Positions 12,118 to 21,936 of a stretch of 51,430 bases of DNA are shown here, piece after piece. The notes under the pieces were generated by a model. It was not told the DNA's origin. It ran no database searches and saw only the letters and a program-made list of their open reading frames with translations. This stretch comes from Gemmatimonadota bacterium (GTDB lineage: Bacteria; Gemmatimonadota; Gemmatimonadetes; Gemmatimonadales; Gemmatimonadaceae). The DNA is taken from NCBI GenBank assembly GCA_031372565.1, contig JANMLN010000018.1, positions 1 through 51,430 of the forward strand, read 5' to 3'. Each line of letters begins with the position of its first letter. Positions within the stretch are counted from its first letter, which is position 1. A program made the position numbers and the translations under genes.

Positions 12118-12195
12118 GGGAACGGGGCTCGGGAGGGCAGGCCCGGATTGCCTGGGCGTGCCGCGCGTGACTGTGGTGCCTCCACGCGAGGGGGT

Positions 12196-12225
12196 AAGTT
12201 ACCGGAGGCCCATGCGGCGCGCCAA
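12196..12225 (-). promoter_or_regulatory. Candidate sigma70 promoter for murQ-anmK-nagZ
   Basis: Minus strand TTGGCG, 18 nt, TAACTT. Confidence 0.4.
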
Positions 12226-12291
12226 GCGCGCGCGGGTCGCCGCATCGTGCGGCGGCGCCGGGGCCGTCCCAGCCAATGCGGAGCCTGCCTC

Positions 12292-12921
12292 GTGCGTCGC
12301 CCGATCGTCCTGGCCCTTCTCGTGCTGGCACCGCGCCTGGTCGCCGCGCAGATCCTCTCCCTCCCGAGTAACCGCACGGACGCGGGCAACTGGATCGGCG
12401 CCGGCGCCTCCCGTCTCAACTTCGTGAGCATGCGCGACGATTCGCGAGGCGCGGTCTGGAACGTGGGCGAGGTGATCGCGTACCGGGTGTCGATCGACAA
12501 GTCGTACGGGAGCGGCGCCACGCTGGGGGCGACGATCACGTGGAGCAACCCGTCCATGACGATCAACACCAACCCGACGGGCGTGTGCCCGGCGGGATGT
12601 GCGGCATCGGCCAACTTCCAGCACTATCAGCTGACCTACCGCAGCGGGGAGACGCGGGGCGGGACCGCGCCCGTCGCGGAGCTGGCGGTCGGCGGTTTGC
12701 GCGTGAGCGACGTGCGCGCGGGCGGAACGCAGGTGGCGCCCGACCGCACGTTGCTGACCATGGGCGCCGGCGGAGGGCTCGCGATCGCGACGAGCTCCAC
12801 CTTCCAGTTCGAGCTGGTGCAGGAGTACACGTGGATCTTTGCCGGCGGTGGCTTTTCCGGAGCCGCCACGCAGTGGAGCACGCGGCTCGGTGTCCGGGTC
12901 GGCTTCGGGAATCGCGACTGA
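12292..12921 (+). CDS. Secreted small outer-membrane beta-barrel-like protein
   Basis: Signal peptide RRPIVLALLVLAPRLVAA-Q; alternating amphipathic strands; C-terminal TRLGVRVGF. Start GTG 12292 inferred. Confidence 0.6.
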   Translation: MRRPIVLALLVLAPRLVAAQILSLPSNRTDAGNWIGAGASRLNFVSMRDDSRGAVWNVGEVIAYRVSIDKSYGSGATLGATITWSNPSMTINTNPTGVCPAGCAASANFQHYQLTYRSGETRGGTAPVAELAVGGLRVSDVRAGGTQVAPDRTLLTMGAGGGLAIATSSTFQFELVQEYTWIFAGGGFSGAATQWSTRLGVRVGFGNRD

Positions 12922-12929
12922 GCCCCCCG

Positions 12930-14765
12930 ATGTCGTTTCCTCGGCGCGTCCGCTTCGTGGTTGCTCGCTCGCGTGCTGTTGGCATGATTGGCACCGCGCT
13001 CCTGGTGGGCAGCGCGTGCACCCGGACCCCCGCCAGCAGTGACGCCGCGCTCCCGCCGGCACCCGGGACCGTGTCGCAGCGCACCATCCGCGACGACCGC
13101 GCGCCGTTCGTCATGGAGCCGCGCGTCCCGATGGCGCGGCCAGAGGGATGGCGCTGGCTGTCGACGCGCGTGGCCGAGGGCGACGCATCGATGGTCGTGT
13201 CGAACTCGCTCGAAGCGAGCGCGGCCGGCGACGAGATCCTGCGCGCAGGCGGCAACGCGGTCGACGCGGCGGTGGCCACCGGCTTCGCGCTCGCCGTGAC
13301 GCACCCGATCGCCGGCAACCTGGGCGGCGGCGGCTTCATGGTGATCCGTCTGAGCGACGGTCGCGCGTTCGCGCTCGACTTTCGCGAGACGGCGCCAGCG
13401 GCCGCCACACGCGACATGTTCGTGGATTCCGCCGGGCAGGTCGTGCGCGACCGCAGCCGCCACGGACATCTGGCGAGCGGCGTGCCGGGAAGTGTGGCGG
13501 GGATGGCCGAGGCGCAGCGGCGCTTCGGCACGCTGTCGCTGGCGCGCGTGATCGCGCCAGCCATTCGCCTCGCCGAGCAAGGCTACGTGGTGGATCGCGC
13601 GCTGTCGGCGATTGTCCGCTCGAACGCTGCGCGGCTCAAGCAGTGGAATGGCGAGCTGTTCTTCCGGCCGAACGGCGATGCCGTGGCCGCTGGTGACACG
13701 TTGCGGCAGCCCGACCTCGCGCGCACGCTGCAGCGGATCGCGGCGCGCGGTGCACGCGAGTTCTACGAGGGTGAAACCGCGGAGCTGCTGGTGGCCGAGA
13801 TGCAGCGCGGCGGCGGCATCATGACCAGGCGCGACCTGGCGAGCTATCGCGCGATCTGGCGCGATCCGCTGCGGGGGCGCTTTCGCGGGTACGAGATCAT
13901 CACGATGCCGCCGCCGTCGGCGGGGGGGATCGTGATGCTGGAAACGCTCAACATCCTGGGCGGCGTGGAGCCACTGCCGCCGTTCGGATCAGCGGCCGGG
14001 GTGCACCTGCTCGCGGAGTCGTTCCGGCGCGCGTACGTCGAGCGCAACACGCTGGTCGCCGATCCCGACTTCGTGCGCGTGCCGGTGGACCGGTTGCTCT
14101 CGCGTGCGCACGCGGACTCGCTGCGCGCCACGATCGACCCGATGCGCGCGAGCGTCAGCCCGTCCACGCTCCCACCGCGCGAAGGGCAGCACACCACGCA
14201 CTACATCACGGCCGACGCGTCGGGCATGGTGGTGAGCACGACCACCACGATCAACGATCTGTTGGGAAGCAAGGTGGTGGTGCGTGGCGCGGGCTTCCTG
14301 CTCAACGACGAGATGGACGACTTCACCGCCGCGCCGGGCCAGCCCAACCTCTTCGGCCTCGTGATGGGTGATGCCAACGCGATCCAGCCCGGCAAGCGCA
14401 TGCTCTCGAGCATGACCCCCACGATCGTGGTTGCCCCCGATGGACGCGCCGTGATGGCGACAGGTGCCGCCGGCGGCTCACGCATCAGCACGACGGTCAC
14501 GCAACTCGTGCTGGACGTGCTCGGCCACCGCATGGGAATCGCGGACGCGATGGCCGCCCCACGCATGCACCATCAGGCGTGGCCCGATGCGCTGGAACTC
14601 GAGACCAACGGATTCAGCGCGGCGGTCCGCGACACGCTCGCGCGCATGGGGCACCGGATCGTGCTGACGGACTCGCTGGTCAACGCGATGGGCATGCTTC
14701 GCCAGGGCGGACGCTGGATCGGCGTTCCTGAACCGCGCCGCGAAGGCGGCGCCGTGGCGCGCTAG
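12930..14765 (+). CDS. ggt: Gamma-glutamyltransferase (probable lipoprotein)
   Basis: GGNAVDAAVA, GNLGGGGF, DFRETAP, Thr nucleophile HTTHY, LNDEMDDF, PGKRMLSSMTP; lipobox GSAC. Confidence 0.95.
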   Translation: MSFPRRVRFVVARSRAVGMIGTALLVGSACTRTPASSDAALPPAPGTVSQRTIRDDRAPFVMEPRVPMARPEGWRWLSTRVAEGDASMVVSNSLEASAAGDEILRAGGNAVDAAVATGFALAVTHPIAGNLGGGGFMVIRLSDGRAFALDFRETAPAAATRDMFVDSAGQVVRDRSRHGHLASGVPGSVAGMAEAQRRFGTLSLARVIAPAIRLAEQGYVVDRALSAIVRSNAARLKQWNGELFFRPNGDAVAAGDTLRQPDLARTLQRIAARGAREFYEGETAELLVAEMQRGGGIMTRRDLASYRAIWRDPLRGRFRGYEIITMPPPSAGGIVMLETLNILGGVEPLPPFGSAAGVHLLAESFRRAYVERNTLVADPDFVRVPVDRLLSRAHADSLRATIDPMRASVSPSTLPPREGQHTTHYITADASGMVVSTTTTINDLLGSKVVVRGAGFLLNDEMDDFTAAPGQPNLFGLVMGDANAIQPGKRMLSSMTPTIVVAPDGRAVMATGAAGGSRISTTVTQLVLDVLGHRMGIADAMAAPRMHHQAWPDALELETNGFSAAVRDTLARMGHRIVLTDSLVNAMGMLRQGGRWIGVPEPRREGGAVAR

Positions 14766-16628
14766 ATGGTCCGCGCGCGACCGGCCAGCAAGGGCGCACT
14801 GCGCACCCTGCGTCGACTCCTGCCGTACTTCCGCCCGTACCGGCGGCAGCTGCTCCTCGGGCTCGTCTGCGTCGTGATCGCGGCCTGGTCCGCGAGCGCG
14901 ATTCCCAATCTGCTCTCCATCGGTATCGAGGGGCTTCGCGCAGGGGCACCGCTCGGGGCTGCGTGGCGCATCGGCGCGGTGATGGTGGCCGTGACGATCG
15001 GCACCGGCGCGCTCCGCTACCTCATGCGCGAGCTCATGAACGGGCTGTCGCGCCGGGTGGAGTATGACCTGCGGAACGCCCTGTTCGAGCGGCTGCTCAC
15101 CCTCGATGCTTCGTGGTTCGCGCGCATGCGCACCGGCGACATCATGGCGCGGCTCACGAACGACCTCGGTGCCGTACGGATGGCATCGGGGCCGGCGATC
15201 ATGTACCTCGCCAACACCGTGTTCGGCGGGTTGTTCGCGCTCCTGTTCATGTCGCGCATCGACCTCACGCTCGCCGGACTCGCCGTGCTGCCGGCGCTGC
15301 TCATCCCGGTGATGATGGTCCGGCTGGGTCGGATGGTGCACGACCGGTTCGAGGCGGTGCAGGAGCACTACAGCACGCTCTCCACGCGCGCTCAGGAGAA
15401 TCTGGCCGGGGCGCGTGTCGTGCGCGCGTACCGGCAGGAAGCGAGCGAGGTGGCACGCTTCGATGCGCTCGGGCAGGAGTACCTCAAGCGCAACATGGCG
15501 CTCACGCAGCTCAACGGCTTCATGCACCCGATGTTCACGATGCTGGCAGGACTGGGCGCCGTGATCGTGCTCGGGCTTGGCGGTCGGCTCGCGCTCGCGG
15601 GCACGATCTCCGTCGGCAACTTCGTGGCGTTCGGCATCTACCTCGGCATGCTCACATGGCCGCTCATCGCGCTCGGATGGGTCATCAACCTCTTCCAGCG
15701 CGGCGCAGCCAGCATGACGCGCCTGCTCGATATTCTCGACGCCGCGCCCGCGGTGCACTCCGCCAGCGTCCCGGTGGCGCTGCCGGCCCGCGCGGGGGGC
15801 GGGCGCACGATCGAGTTCCGACAGGTGGGATTCCACTATCCCGTGAAGGAGGGAGAGACACCGCGCTGGGTGCTGCGCGACGTGTCGTTCGTGCTGCACG
15901 CCGGGCAGACGCTGGGCATCGTCGGCGCGATCGGCTCGGGCAAGAGTGCGCTGCTCGACCTGATTCCGCGCTTCTTCGACCCGCAGGAAGGAACGATCCT
16001 GATCGATGGCGTGCCGCTGCCGTCGCTGGACCTCGCCGCGCTCCGGCGCGAACTCGGCATGGTGCCGCAGGAGAGCCTGCTCTTCTCGGAGACCATCGAT
16101 CAGAATCTGCGCTACGGCGTGGACGACGATACGGGCAGTGCGGCCGTTGATGCGGCGCGCTGGGCCGCACGTCTCGCGCAGCTCGACGAGACCGTGCGCG
16201 ACTTTCCCGACGGGTACGACACGCAACTCGGCGAGCGCGGGATCAACCTGAGCGGTGGGCAGAAGCAGCGAGCGGCGCTGGCGCGGGCGCTCGCGCGCAA
16301 GCCCGCCATCGTCTTGCTCGATGACGCACTCAGTGCGGTGGACACGCATACCGAAGCGGAGATCCTGCGCGGGCTGCGTGAGGCCTTTGCGGGGCGCACG
16401 GCGCTGATCGCGAGCCATCGGATCAGTGCGATCCGTGATACCGACCAGATTCTCGTGCTCGATCACGGGCGCGTCGTCGAGCAGGGGCAGCACGAGGCGC
16501 TGCTGGCTGCGCGCGGACGGTACTGGTCTCTGCTGCGTCGGCAGCAGTTGGCCGACAGCGTGGACAACGACGACGTGCTGCGCGACGCAATGGGGGAGTT
16601 GGTGCCCGCGCCGTCCTCGCAGACGTGA
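14766..16628 (+). CDS. ABC exporter, fused permease/ATPase (MdlA/MsbA-like)
   Basis: TM domain, GAIGSGKS, LSGGQKQR, LLDDALSAVD, SHR. Confidence 0.95.
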   Translation: MVRARPASKGALRTLRRLLPYFRPYRRQLLLGLVCVVIAAWSASAIPNLLSIGIEGLRAGAPLGAAWRIGAVMVAVTIGTGALRYLMRELMNGLSRRVEYDLRNALFERLLTLDASWFARMRTGDIMARLTNDLGAVRMASGPAIMYLANTVFGGLFALLFMSRIDLTLAGLAVLPALLIPVMMVRLGRMVHDRFEAVQEHYSTLSTRAQENLAGARVVRAYRQEASEVARFDALGQEYLKRNMALTQLNGFMHPMFTMLAGLGAVIVLGLGGRLALAGTISVGNFVAFGIYLGMLTWPLIALGWVINLFQRGAASMTRLLDILDAAPAVHSASVPVALPARAGGGRTIEFRQVGFHYPVKEGETPRWVLRDVSFVLHAGQTLGIVGAIGSGKSALLDLIPRFFDPQEGTILIDGVPLPSLDLAALRRELGMVPQESLLFSETIDQNLRYGVDDDTGSAAVDAARWAARLAQLDETVRDFPDGYDTQLGERGINLSGGQKQRAALARALARKPAIVLLDDALSAVDTHTEAEILRGLREAFAGRTALIASHRISAIRDTDQILVLDHGRVVEQGQHEALLAARGRYWSLLRRQQLADSVDNDDVLRDAMGELVPAPSSQT

Positions 16629-17722
16629 CCCCCGTCGTCCTGAGCGCAGCGAAGGACCTGCGTGTCGTCCTGAGCGCAGCGAAGGACCTGCTTGTCCCTC
16701 TCGCCATCGCCGCTGCCCTCACCCTACCCGCGCACGCGCACGCCCAAGTGCAGCCGCCGGCACTCCCGATGCCGGTGACCAACAACGCCGTCGCCGCCCT
16801 CCCACGCGGCCCCGGCGCAGGCCTCTACTCGCTGCTGGGTATCGACTCCACCAAACGCTGGAGCGGCATCACGCGTCGCGCCTTCCACCTCCCCGCCGGC
16901 GCGCGCGCGTGGCGTGAGCTTCCGCCAGTGCCGGGCACGGTCGGCCGGCTGGCTGCCATCGCCTTCGCTGTCCGCGGCAAGGTCTACCTCATCGGCGGCT
17001 ACACCGTCGACTCGGCGGGTGCCGAGCGCTCGCTACCGAACGTGGACATCTGGAACCCCGGGCGGCGAACATGGCAGTCCGGCGCACCGACGCCGGTGGC
17101 CGTGGACGACGCCGTTGGCGGCGTCTGGCGCGATTCCATCATTGTGCTCGTGAGCGGCTGGCACGACACCGACAACGTGGCGGACGTACAGTTGTACGAT
17201 GTCGTCAACGATCGCTGGATGCGCGGCACCCCCTTCCCCGGCGTGCCGGTGTTCGGCGGCAGTGGCGCGGTGTCTGGTGATCACGTCCTGGTCATGGACG
17301 GCGCACGACGCGCGCCGGGGCCGGTCACGTACGTGCTCGCGTCGCAGTCGTGGCTCGGACGTATCGATCCGCGTGACCCCACGCGGATCACCTGGGACAC
17401 AGTCAGCGCGCACCCGGGACCTGCCCGGTATCGTGCGGCGGCAGCGGGATGTGCCGGCGCGTTCGTGGTGGCGGGCGGCACCGACAACCCGTACAACTAC
17501 AATGGGGTCGGCTACGACAAGCGGCCAGCAGCGCCGCTGCGCGAGGTGCTGACGTTGGACGTGGTGCGGCGTGCCTGGCGCTCGGACTCGAGCGCCCCCG
17601 TGGCCACGATGGATCACCGCGGGCTCGTCGCGTGGCGCGGGAGTTGGTGGATCGTGGGCGGCATGCGTGCGTCGCAGACTGTCTCGGCGGGCGTCGCGCG
17701 CTGGCCTGCGGCCTGTCGCTAG
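16625..17722 (+). CDS. Secreted Kelch-repeat beta-propeller protein
   Basis: Repeated GG...W units (VYLIGGY, VVAGG, WIVGG); signal peptide ending AHAHA-Q. GTGA overlap with the ABC gene; the N-terminus carries repeat-encoded VVLSAAKDL twice. Confidence 0.8.
   Translation: MTPVVLSAAKDLRVVLSAAKDLLVPLAIAAALTLPAHAHAQVQPPALPMPVTNNAVAALPRGPGAGLYSLLGIDSTKRWSGITRRAFHLPAGARAWRELPPVPGTVGRLAAIAFAVRGKVYLIGGYTVDSAGAERSLPNVDIWNPGRRTWQSGAPTPVAVDDAVGGVWRDSIIVLVSGWHDTDNVADVQLYDVVNDRWMRGTPFPGVPVFGGSGAVSGDHVLVMDGARRAPGPVTYVLASQSWLGRIDPRDPTRITWDTVSAHPGPARYRAAAAGCAGAFVVAGGTDNPYNYNGVGYDKRPAAPLREVLTLDVVRRAWRSDSSAPVATMDHRGLVAWRGSWWIVGGMRASQTVSAGVARWPAACR
16634..16691 (+). repeat. Two tandem REP-like copies (period 30 nt) inside the Kelch ORF
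   Basis: GTCGTCCTGAGCGCAGCGAAGGACCTGC at 16634 and 16664. Confidence 0.95.
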
Positions 17723-17780
17723 CCATTCCGGGCGAACAGCTGGAAGCTGCGTGTGCTCTTGCGCTCGGCCACGTGCGACA

Positions 17781-17810
17781 AGCAGGTTCTTCGCTTCGCT
17801 CAGAACGACA
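17781..17810 (-). repeat. REP-like copy with a compensatory stem change
   Basis: Minus strand TGTCGTTCTGAGCGAAGCGAAGAACCTGCT (GTTCT/AGAAC stem). Confidence 0.85.
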
Positions 17811-17820
17811 ACGGGAGCCC

Positions 17821-19011
17821 ATGACGCCACGCCTCGCCTCGCTCGCGCTTCTCGCTGCGGTCTCACTCGTGCCAGCAGCCCGAGCGCAGAGCACCGCCAC
17901 GCCGCCTGTCGCGCGCGCGGCTGCTGCCTCTGTCCTCTTCTGGTCGCAGGCGCAGCGCGAAGCCGGCTACAGCGTGATGGACACGCTGTTCCCCAGCCGC
18001 ATCGTGCGACGCGGCGATCGCGTCATGCCTCTCCCGAACGGAAAGCCCCTCGCCGCCTTCACGCCGACCGGCGCCCAGAGCGCAATGTTCGAGCGGTACG
18101 TCGCCGAACAGAAGCTCGCGGGCATCGTGGTCGTGGTGGATGGCAAGGTGCGGCTCGAGCGCTATGCGCTGGGCCACACCCCCGCCAAGAAATGGACCTC
18201 GTTTTCCGTCGCCAAGTCATTCACCTCCACGCTCGTTGGCGCCGCCATCAAGGACGGCTTCATCAAGAGCATCGACGAACCGGTCACCAAGTACATCGCG
18301 CAGATGCGCGGCAGCGCCTACGACAGCGTGAGCATCCGGCAGTTGCTGACGATGACCAGCGGCGTGAAGTGGAATGAGGACTACACGGACCCCAAGTCCG
18401 ACGTCGCGATGCTCTTCTTCGCGCCGCCGGATTCGGGGCTCGACCAGACCGTGAGCTACATGCGCAAGTTGACGCGCGAGGCACCCGCTGGTTCGAAGTG
18501 GGTCTACAAGACGGGCGAGACCAACCTGATCGGCAACCTCGTCATGGAGGCGACGCACAAGTCGCTCGCCGAGTACCTGAGCGAGAAGATCTGGCGTCCG
18601 GTCGGCATGGAACTGGACGCCAGCTGGCTGATCGATCAAGTCGGGCATGAGGCGGGCGGCTGCTGCCTGCAGGTCGGACTGCGCGACTACGCGCGCATCG
18701 GCGTCTGGATCATGAACGGTGCCAAGGTCAACGGTGCACCCATTGTGCCGGATGGCTGGCTGAATGCCGCCACCGTCAATCAGGTCAACACGGGCGACCC
18801 CGGCCGCGGCTACGGCTACCAGTGGTGGACGGAGACCGAGGGAAGGTTCAACGCGGTCGGCATCAACGGGCAGTCCATTCACGTCGACCCGAAGCGGAAG
18901 CTCGTGGTTGCCATCAGCAGCGCATGGCCGCAGGCGACGAGTCGGGACCGCAGCATCGCGCGCGCGATGCTGTGGCAGGCGATCGCCGATGCCGTGGACG
19001 CAGATCCGTAG
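17821..19011 (+). CDS. Secreted serine hydrolase, beta-lactamase class C-like (NylB-like)
   Basis: SVAK (SxxK), LLTMTSG, WVYKTGET, YGYQWW, AVGINGQ; signal peptide ARA-Q. Confidence 0.9.
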   Translation: MTPRLASLALLAAVSLVPAARAQSTATPPVARAAAASVLFWSQAQREAGYSVMDTLFPSRIVRRGDRVMPLPNGKPLAAFTPTGAQSAMFERYVAEQKLAGIVVVVDGKVRLERYALGHTPAKKWTSFSVAKSFTSTLVGAAIKDGFIKSIDEPVTKYIAQMRGSAYDSVSIRQLLTMTSGVKWNEDYTDPKSDVAMLFFAPPDSGLDQTVSYMRKLTREAPAGSKWVYKTGETNLIGNLVMEATHKSLAEYLSEKIWRPVGMELDASWLIDQVGHEAGGCCLQVGLRDYARIGVWIMNGAKVNGAPIVPDGWLNAATVNQVNTGDPGRGYGYQWWTETEGRFNAVGINGQSIHVDPKRKLVVAISSAWPQATSRDRSIARAMLWQAIADAVDADP

Positions 19012-19059
19012 CGGATGAGAGCGGGGCGAAGGAGTTGCGTCCCGCGACACGGCACAAGC

Positions 19060-19085
19060 GGATCCTTCGCTTCACTCACGATGAC
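19060..19085 (-). repeat. Diverged REP-like copy
   Basis: Minus strand GTCATCGTGAGTGAAGCGAAGGATCC; a more decayed plus-strand partner (GAGCGGGGCGAAGGA) lies at about 19019-19033. Confidence 0.7.
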
Positions 19086-19108
19086 GTTGGTTTCACTCTT
19101 GGAGTCCC

Positions 19109-21130
19109 ATGACTGCTCGCCGTCACATCCTCGCGCTCCTCGGTAGTCTGGCCCTCGCGCCACTCGCGCGGGCCCAGGCCCCCTACACGCTCGACCACAC
19201 GCGCAAGCTCGTGGGCGTCGGTGGCGTGGACGTTGCCCCGGACGGCAAGACCGCGGCCTTCGTCGTGTCGCGACCCAACTACATCACCGACAAGAACGAG
19301 TCGCAGCTCTACGCGGTCGAACTCGCGGGCGGCGCACCGCGTGCGCTGACGCCGTCCCGCAAGGTCGTCGCTGCGCCGCACTGGTCGCCGGACAGTCGGA
19401 CCCTCGCCTTCATGGCCCCCGACTCCGCCGGCCTCATGCAGGTCTGGCTCCTGCCGATGACTGGCGGCGAGGCACGCAAGCTCACGGCGCACGTCACCGG
19501 CGTCGAGCAGTACAGCTGGCGTCCCGACGGCGGTGCGATCGCGTACGGCGCCGAGGATGAGGACCCGAAGAAGGAGGGTGAGGAGAAGTTCAAGACGACG
19601 TTCGAGGTCGGAGCGCAGGACCTCTTCCTCCGCAAGCCGATCCGTGCGCAGCACATCTGGGTGATGCCCGTGAACGGCGGCGACGCCAAGCGCATCACCA
19701 GCGGCACGTGGACGCTCGAGTTCGTGCTTCCGCCGGGCAGCCCGCCCTCCGGTCTCTCCTGGTCCCCCGACGGCAGCAAGATTGCCTTCGCGCAGACGGT
19801 GGCCCCCGAGAGCGGCAAGCTGGACTCGACGCACATCGCCATCGTGGACGTCGCGACGGGCACGGTGTCGCCGCTGACGGGAGCCCGCCTGTTCGAGAAC
19901 AACCCGGTCTGGTCGCGTGATCGCACGACCATCGCGTACTGGCAGCCGCGCGACGGCAAGGGAAACATCGGCTACGAGAACGAGGTGCACATCGTGAGCG
20001 CGTCGGGCGGCACGGGCCGCAGCATCACGCGCGCCCTCGACCGCAACCTGTTCGGCGCCGAGTGGATGCCGGACGGGAAGTCACTGCTCGTCGTGGGGAA
20101 CGACCGCACCACGACGGGCGTCTGGATTCAGCCCGTGGACGGTGCCGCGCGCCGGATCGACCTCGGCGATCTGGTCGTCAATGGCGCGTTCGGCTACGAC
20201 ATCGTGGTCGCCCGCACCGGTGCGCTCGTCTTCACGGCGACCAGCCCCACCCGACCCAGCGAGCTGTACGTGATGGACAGTCCCACGTCAAAGCCGCGCC
20301 GTCTCACTGATTTCAATGCATGGATCAGCGAGGTGGCGCTTGGCAAGATGGAACGCGTCACCTGGAAGGCGGATCAGTTCGAGGCCGACGGCACGCTGAC
20401 CTATCCACCCAACTTCGATCCGGGCAAGAAGTATCCGCTCGTGCTGGTCATCCACGGCGGCCCGACCTCGGCGTCCAAGCTCTCGTTCAGTTCGATGCCG
20501 CAGATCATGGCCGCCGATGGCATGATCGTCTTTCAGCCCAACTATCGCGGCTCCGACAACCTCGGCAATGCGTACCAGTCGGCAATCTGGAACGACGCAG
20601 GCGCAGGCCCCGGGCGCGACGTGATGGCCGGCGTGGCGATGCTGCGCGCCAAGCCGTTCATCGATCGCACGCGCACGGCGGTCACGGGCTGGAGCTACGG
20701 CGGCTACATGACGAGCTGGCTGATCGGGAACTATCCCAACGAGTGGACCGCGGCGATGGCCGGCGCGCCGGTGACCAATTGGGAAGAGATGTACAATCTC
20801 GCGGACGGATCGCTCACGATCCGCCACTCGTTCGGTGGCTCACCATGGACCGAGGGCCGGGAGAAGGCGTATCAGGCACAGTCCCCCGTCACGTACGCGC
20901 GGAAGATCAGGACGCCGACGCTGGTGATGTCGAACATGGAGGACTTCCGCGTGCCGCCGACGCAGGCGATGGCGCTCTATCGCGCCATGAAGGACAACGG
21001 CGTGGAAACCCGGTTCGTCGGCTTCCAGGGGCGCACGCACGCGAGCAGTGATCCGGTGAACGGACGCGAGCGGACGAGGCAGTGGGTGGAGTGGGTGAAG
21101 GAGAAGCTGGCGCCGAAGGTCACGCCGTAG
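19109..21130 (+). CDS. Secreted S9 family peptidase (beta-propeller plus alpha/beta hydrolase)
   Basis: WSPD repeats, IHGGP, NYRGS, GWSYGG, EDFRVP, RTH; signal peptide. Confidence 0.93.
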   Translation: MTARRHILALLGSLALAPLARAQAPYTLDHTRKLVGVGGVDVAPDGKTAAFVVSRPNYITDKNESQLYAVELAGGAPRALTPSRKVVAAPHWSPDSRTLAFMAPDSAGLMQVWLLPMTGGEARKLTAHVTGVEQYSWRPDGGAIAYGAEDEDPKKEGEEKFKTTFEVGAQDLFLRKPIRAQHIWVMPVNGGDAKRITSGTWTLEFVLPPGSPPSGLSWSPDGSKIAFAQTVAPESGKLDSTHIAIVDVATGTVSPLTGARLFENNPVWSRDRTTIAYWQPRDGKGNIGYENEVHIVSASGGTGRSITRALDRNLFGAEWMPDGKSLLVVGNDRTTTGVWIQPVDGAARRIDLGDLVVNGAFGYDIVVARTGALVFTATSPTRPSELYVMDSPTSKPRRLTDFNAWISEVALGKMERVTWKADQFEADGTLTYPPNFDPGKKYPLVLVIHGGPTSASKLSFSSMPQIMAADGMIVFQPNYRGSDNLGNAYQSAIWNDAGAGPGRDVMAGVAMLRAKPFIDRTRTAVTGWSYGGYMTSWLIGNYPNEWTAAMAGAPVTNWEEMYNLADGSLTIRHSFGGSPWTEGREKAYQAQSPVTYARKIRTPTLVMSNMEDFRVPPTQAMALYRAMKDNGVETRFVGFQGRTHASSDPVNGRERTRQWVEWVKEKLAPKVTP

Positions 21131-21568
21131 TCATCCCGTGCGGCACTTCGCGCACACGCCGTGAATCACCAGCCGGTGCCGCTGCCGCACATACCCGTTC
21201 GCCTCGGCCACGAGCGTCGTCATCCGCTCGAGGCGTTCATCGCGAAACTCCGCCACCGCGCCACACACCGTGCAGATCAGGTGCTCGTGGTGCGGCATGC
21301 CACGTGCCGACTCGAACCGCCGGAACCCCTCACCGAAGTCGCGCTCGACGGCGAGGCCGCTCTTGACCAGCACATCGAGCGTGCGGTAGACGGTGGCCGT
21401 GCCGACGCTCACGCCGAGGCCCGCGAGCCGCGTCTCCACTTCCTCTGCCGACAAGTGCTCACCCGCGCCGAGAACGACCTCCGCGACCGCAAGGCGCTGC
21501 CCCGTCACGGGCAGGTTGTGCGACCGGAGATAGGCCGCGAAGGCGTCGGTTATGCGGGGGTCGCCCAT
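21131..21568 (-). CDS. Fur family transcriptional regulator
   Basis: TGQR, HLSAEE, ATVYRTL, HHEHLICTVCG, HGVCAKC. Start ATG 21568. Confidence 0.93.
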   Translation of the reverse strand: MGDPRITDAFAAYLRSHNLPVTGQRLAVAEVVLGAGEHLSAEEVETRLAGLGVSVGTATVYRTLDVLVKSGLAVERDFGEGFRRFESARGMPHHEHLICTVCGAVAEFRDERLERMTTLVAEANGYVRQRHRLVIHGVCAKCRTG

Positions 21569-21936
21569 GCGCTGTCCTCGAGCGCGGCCCGCCACGCCGT
21601 CTGGTCGAGACGCTCCGGATCGCCCTCGTCACCCGAGCGTTCCTTCACCCCCTGCACGACGGTCTCCACCGTGAGGAGTGGCGCATCCGCTTCCGGCTTG
21701 CAGTCGAATTCCCAGCGTCCGCGTTCCGGCCCCTTGATGAGCAATCGATAGCGCGCCGTATACACGGCATGCCGCTCTTCGGTCGCCCCGTCGAGCGGCG
21801 CCACGGCGATCACGGCCACGCCGGTTTCCGCGTGCCCCTGTCGGCGCGGTGTGAAGAGATGCACTTCGACCACGCGATCGGCCGCGAGGGTGCCGGCCAC
21901 GGCGCGCAGGAACTTCTGGGTCGTCTCGGAGATCAT
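21550..21936 (-). CDS. Hypothetical protein (128 aa)
   Basis: Protein-like composition; TGATG coupling upstream and a 19-nt overlap with the Fur gene. Confidence 0.75.
   Translation of the reverse strand: MISETTQKFLRAVAGTLAADRVVEVHLFTPRRQGHAETGVAVIAVAPLDGATEERHAVYTARYRLLIKGPERGRWEFDCKPEADAPLLTVETVVQGVKERSGDEGDPERLDQTAWRAALEDSAWATPA

Noticed and set aside
17821..19011. Antibiotic-resistance beta-lactamase
   Set aside because: YKT and AVG replace the AmpC YxN and KTG motifs, which fits a NylB/esterase-like hydrolase.
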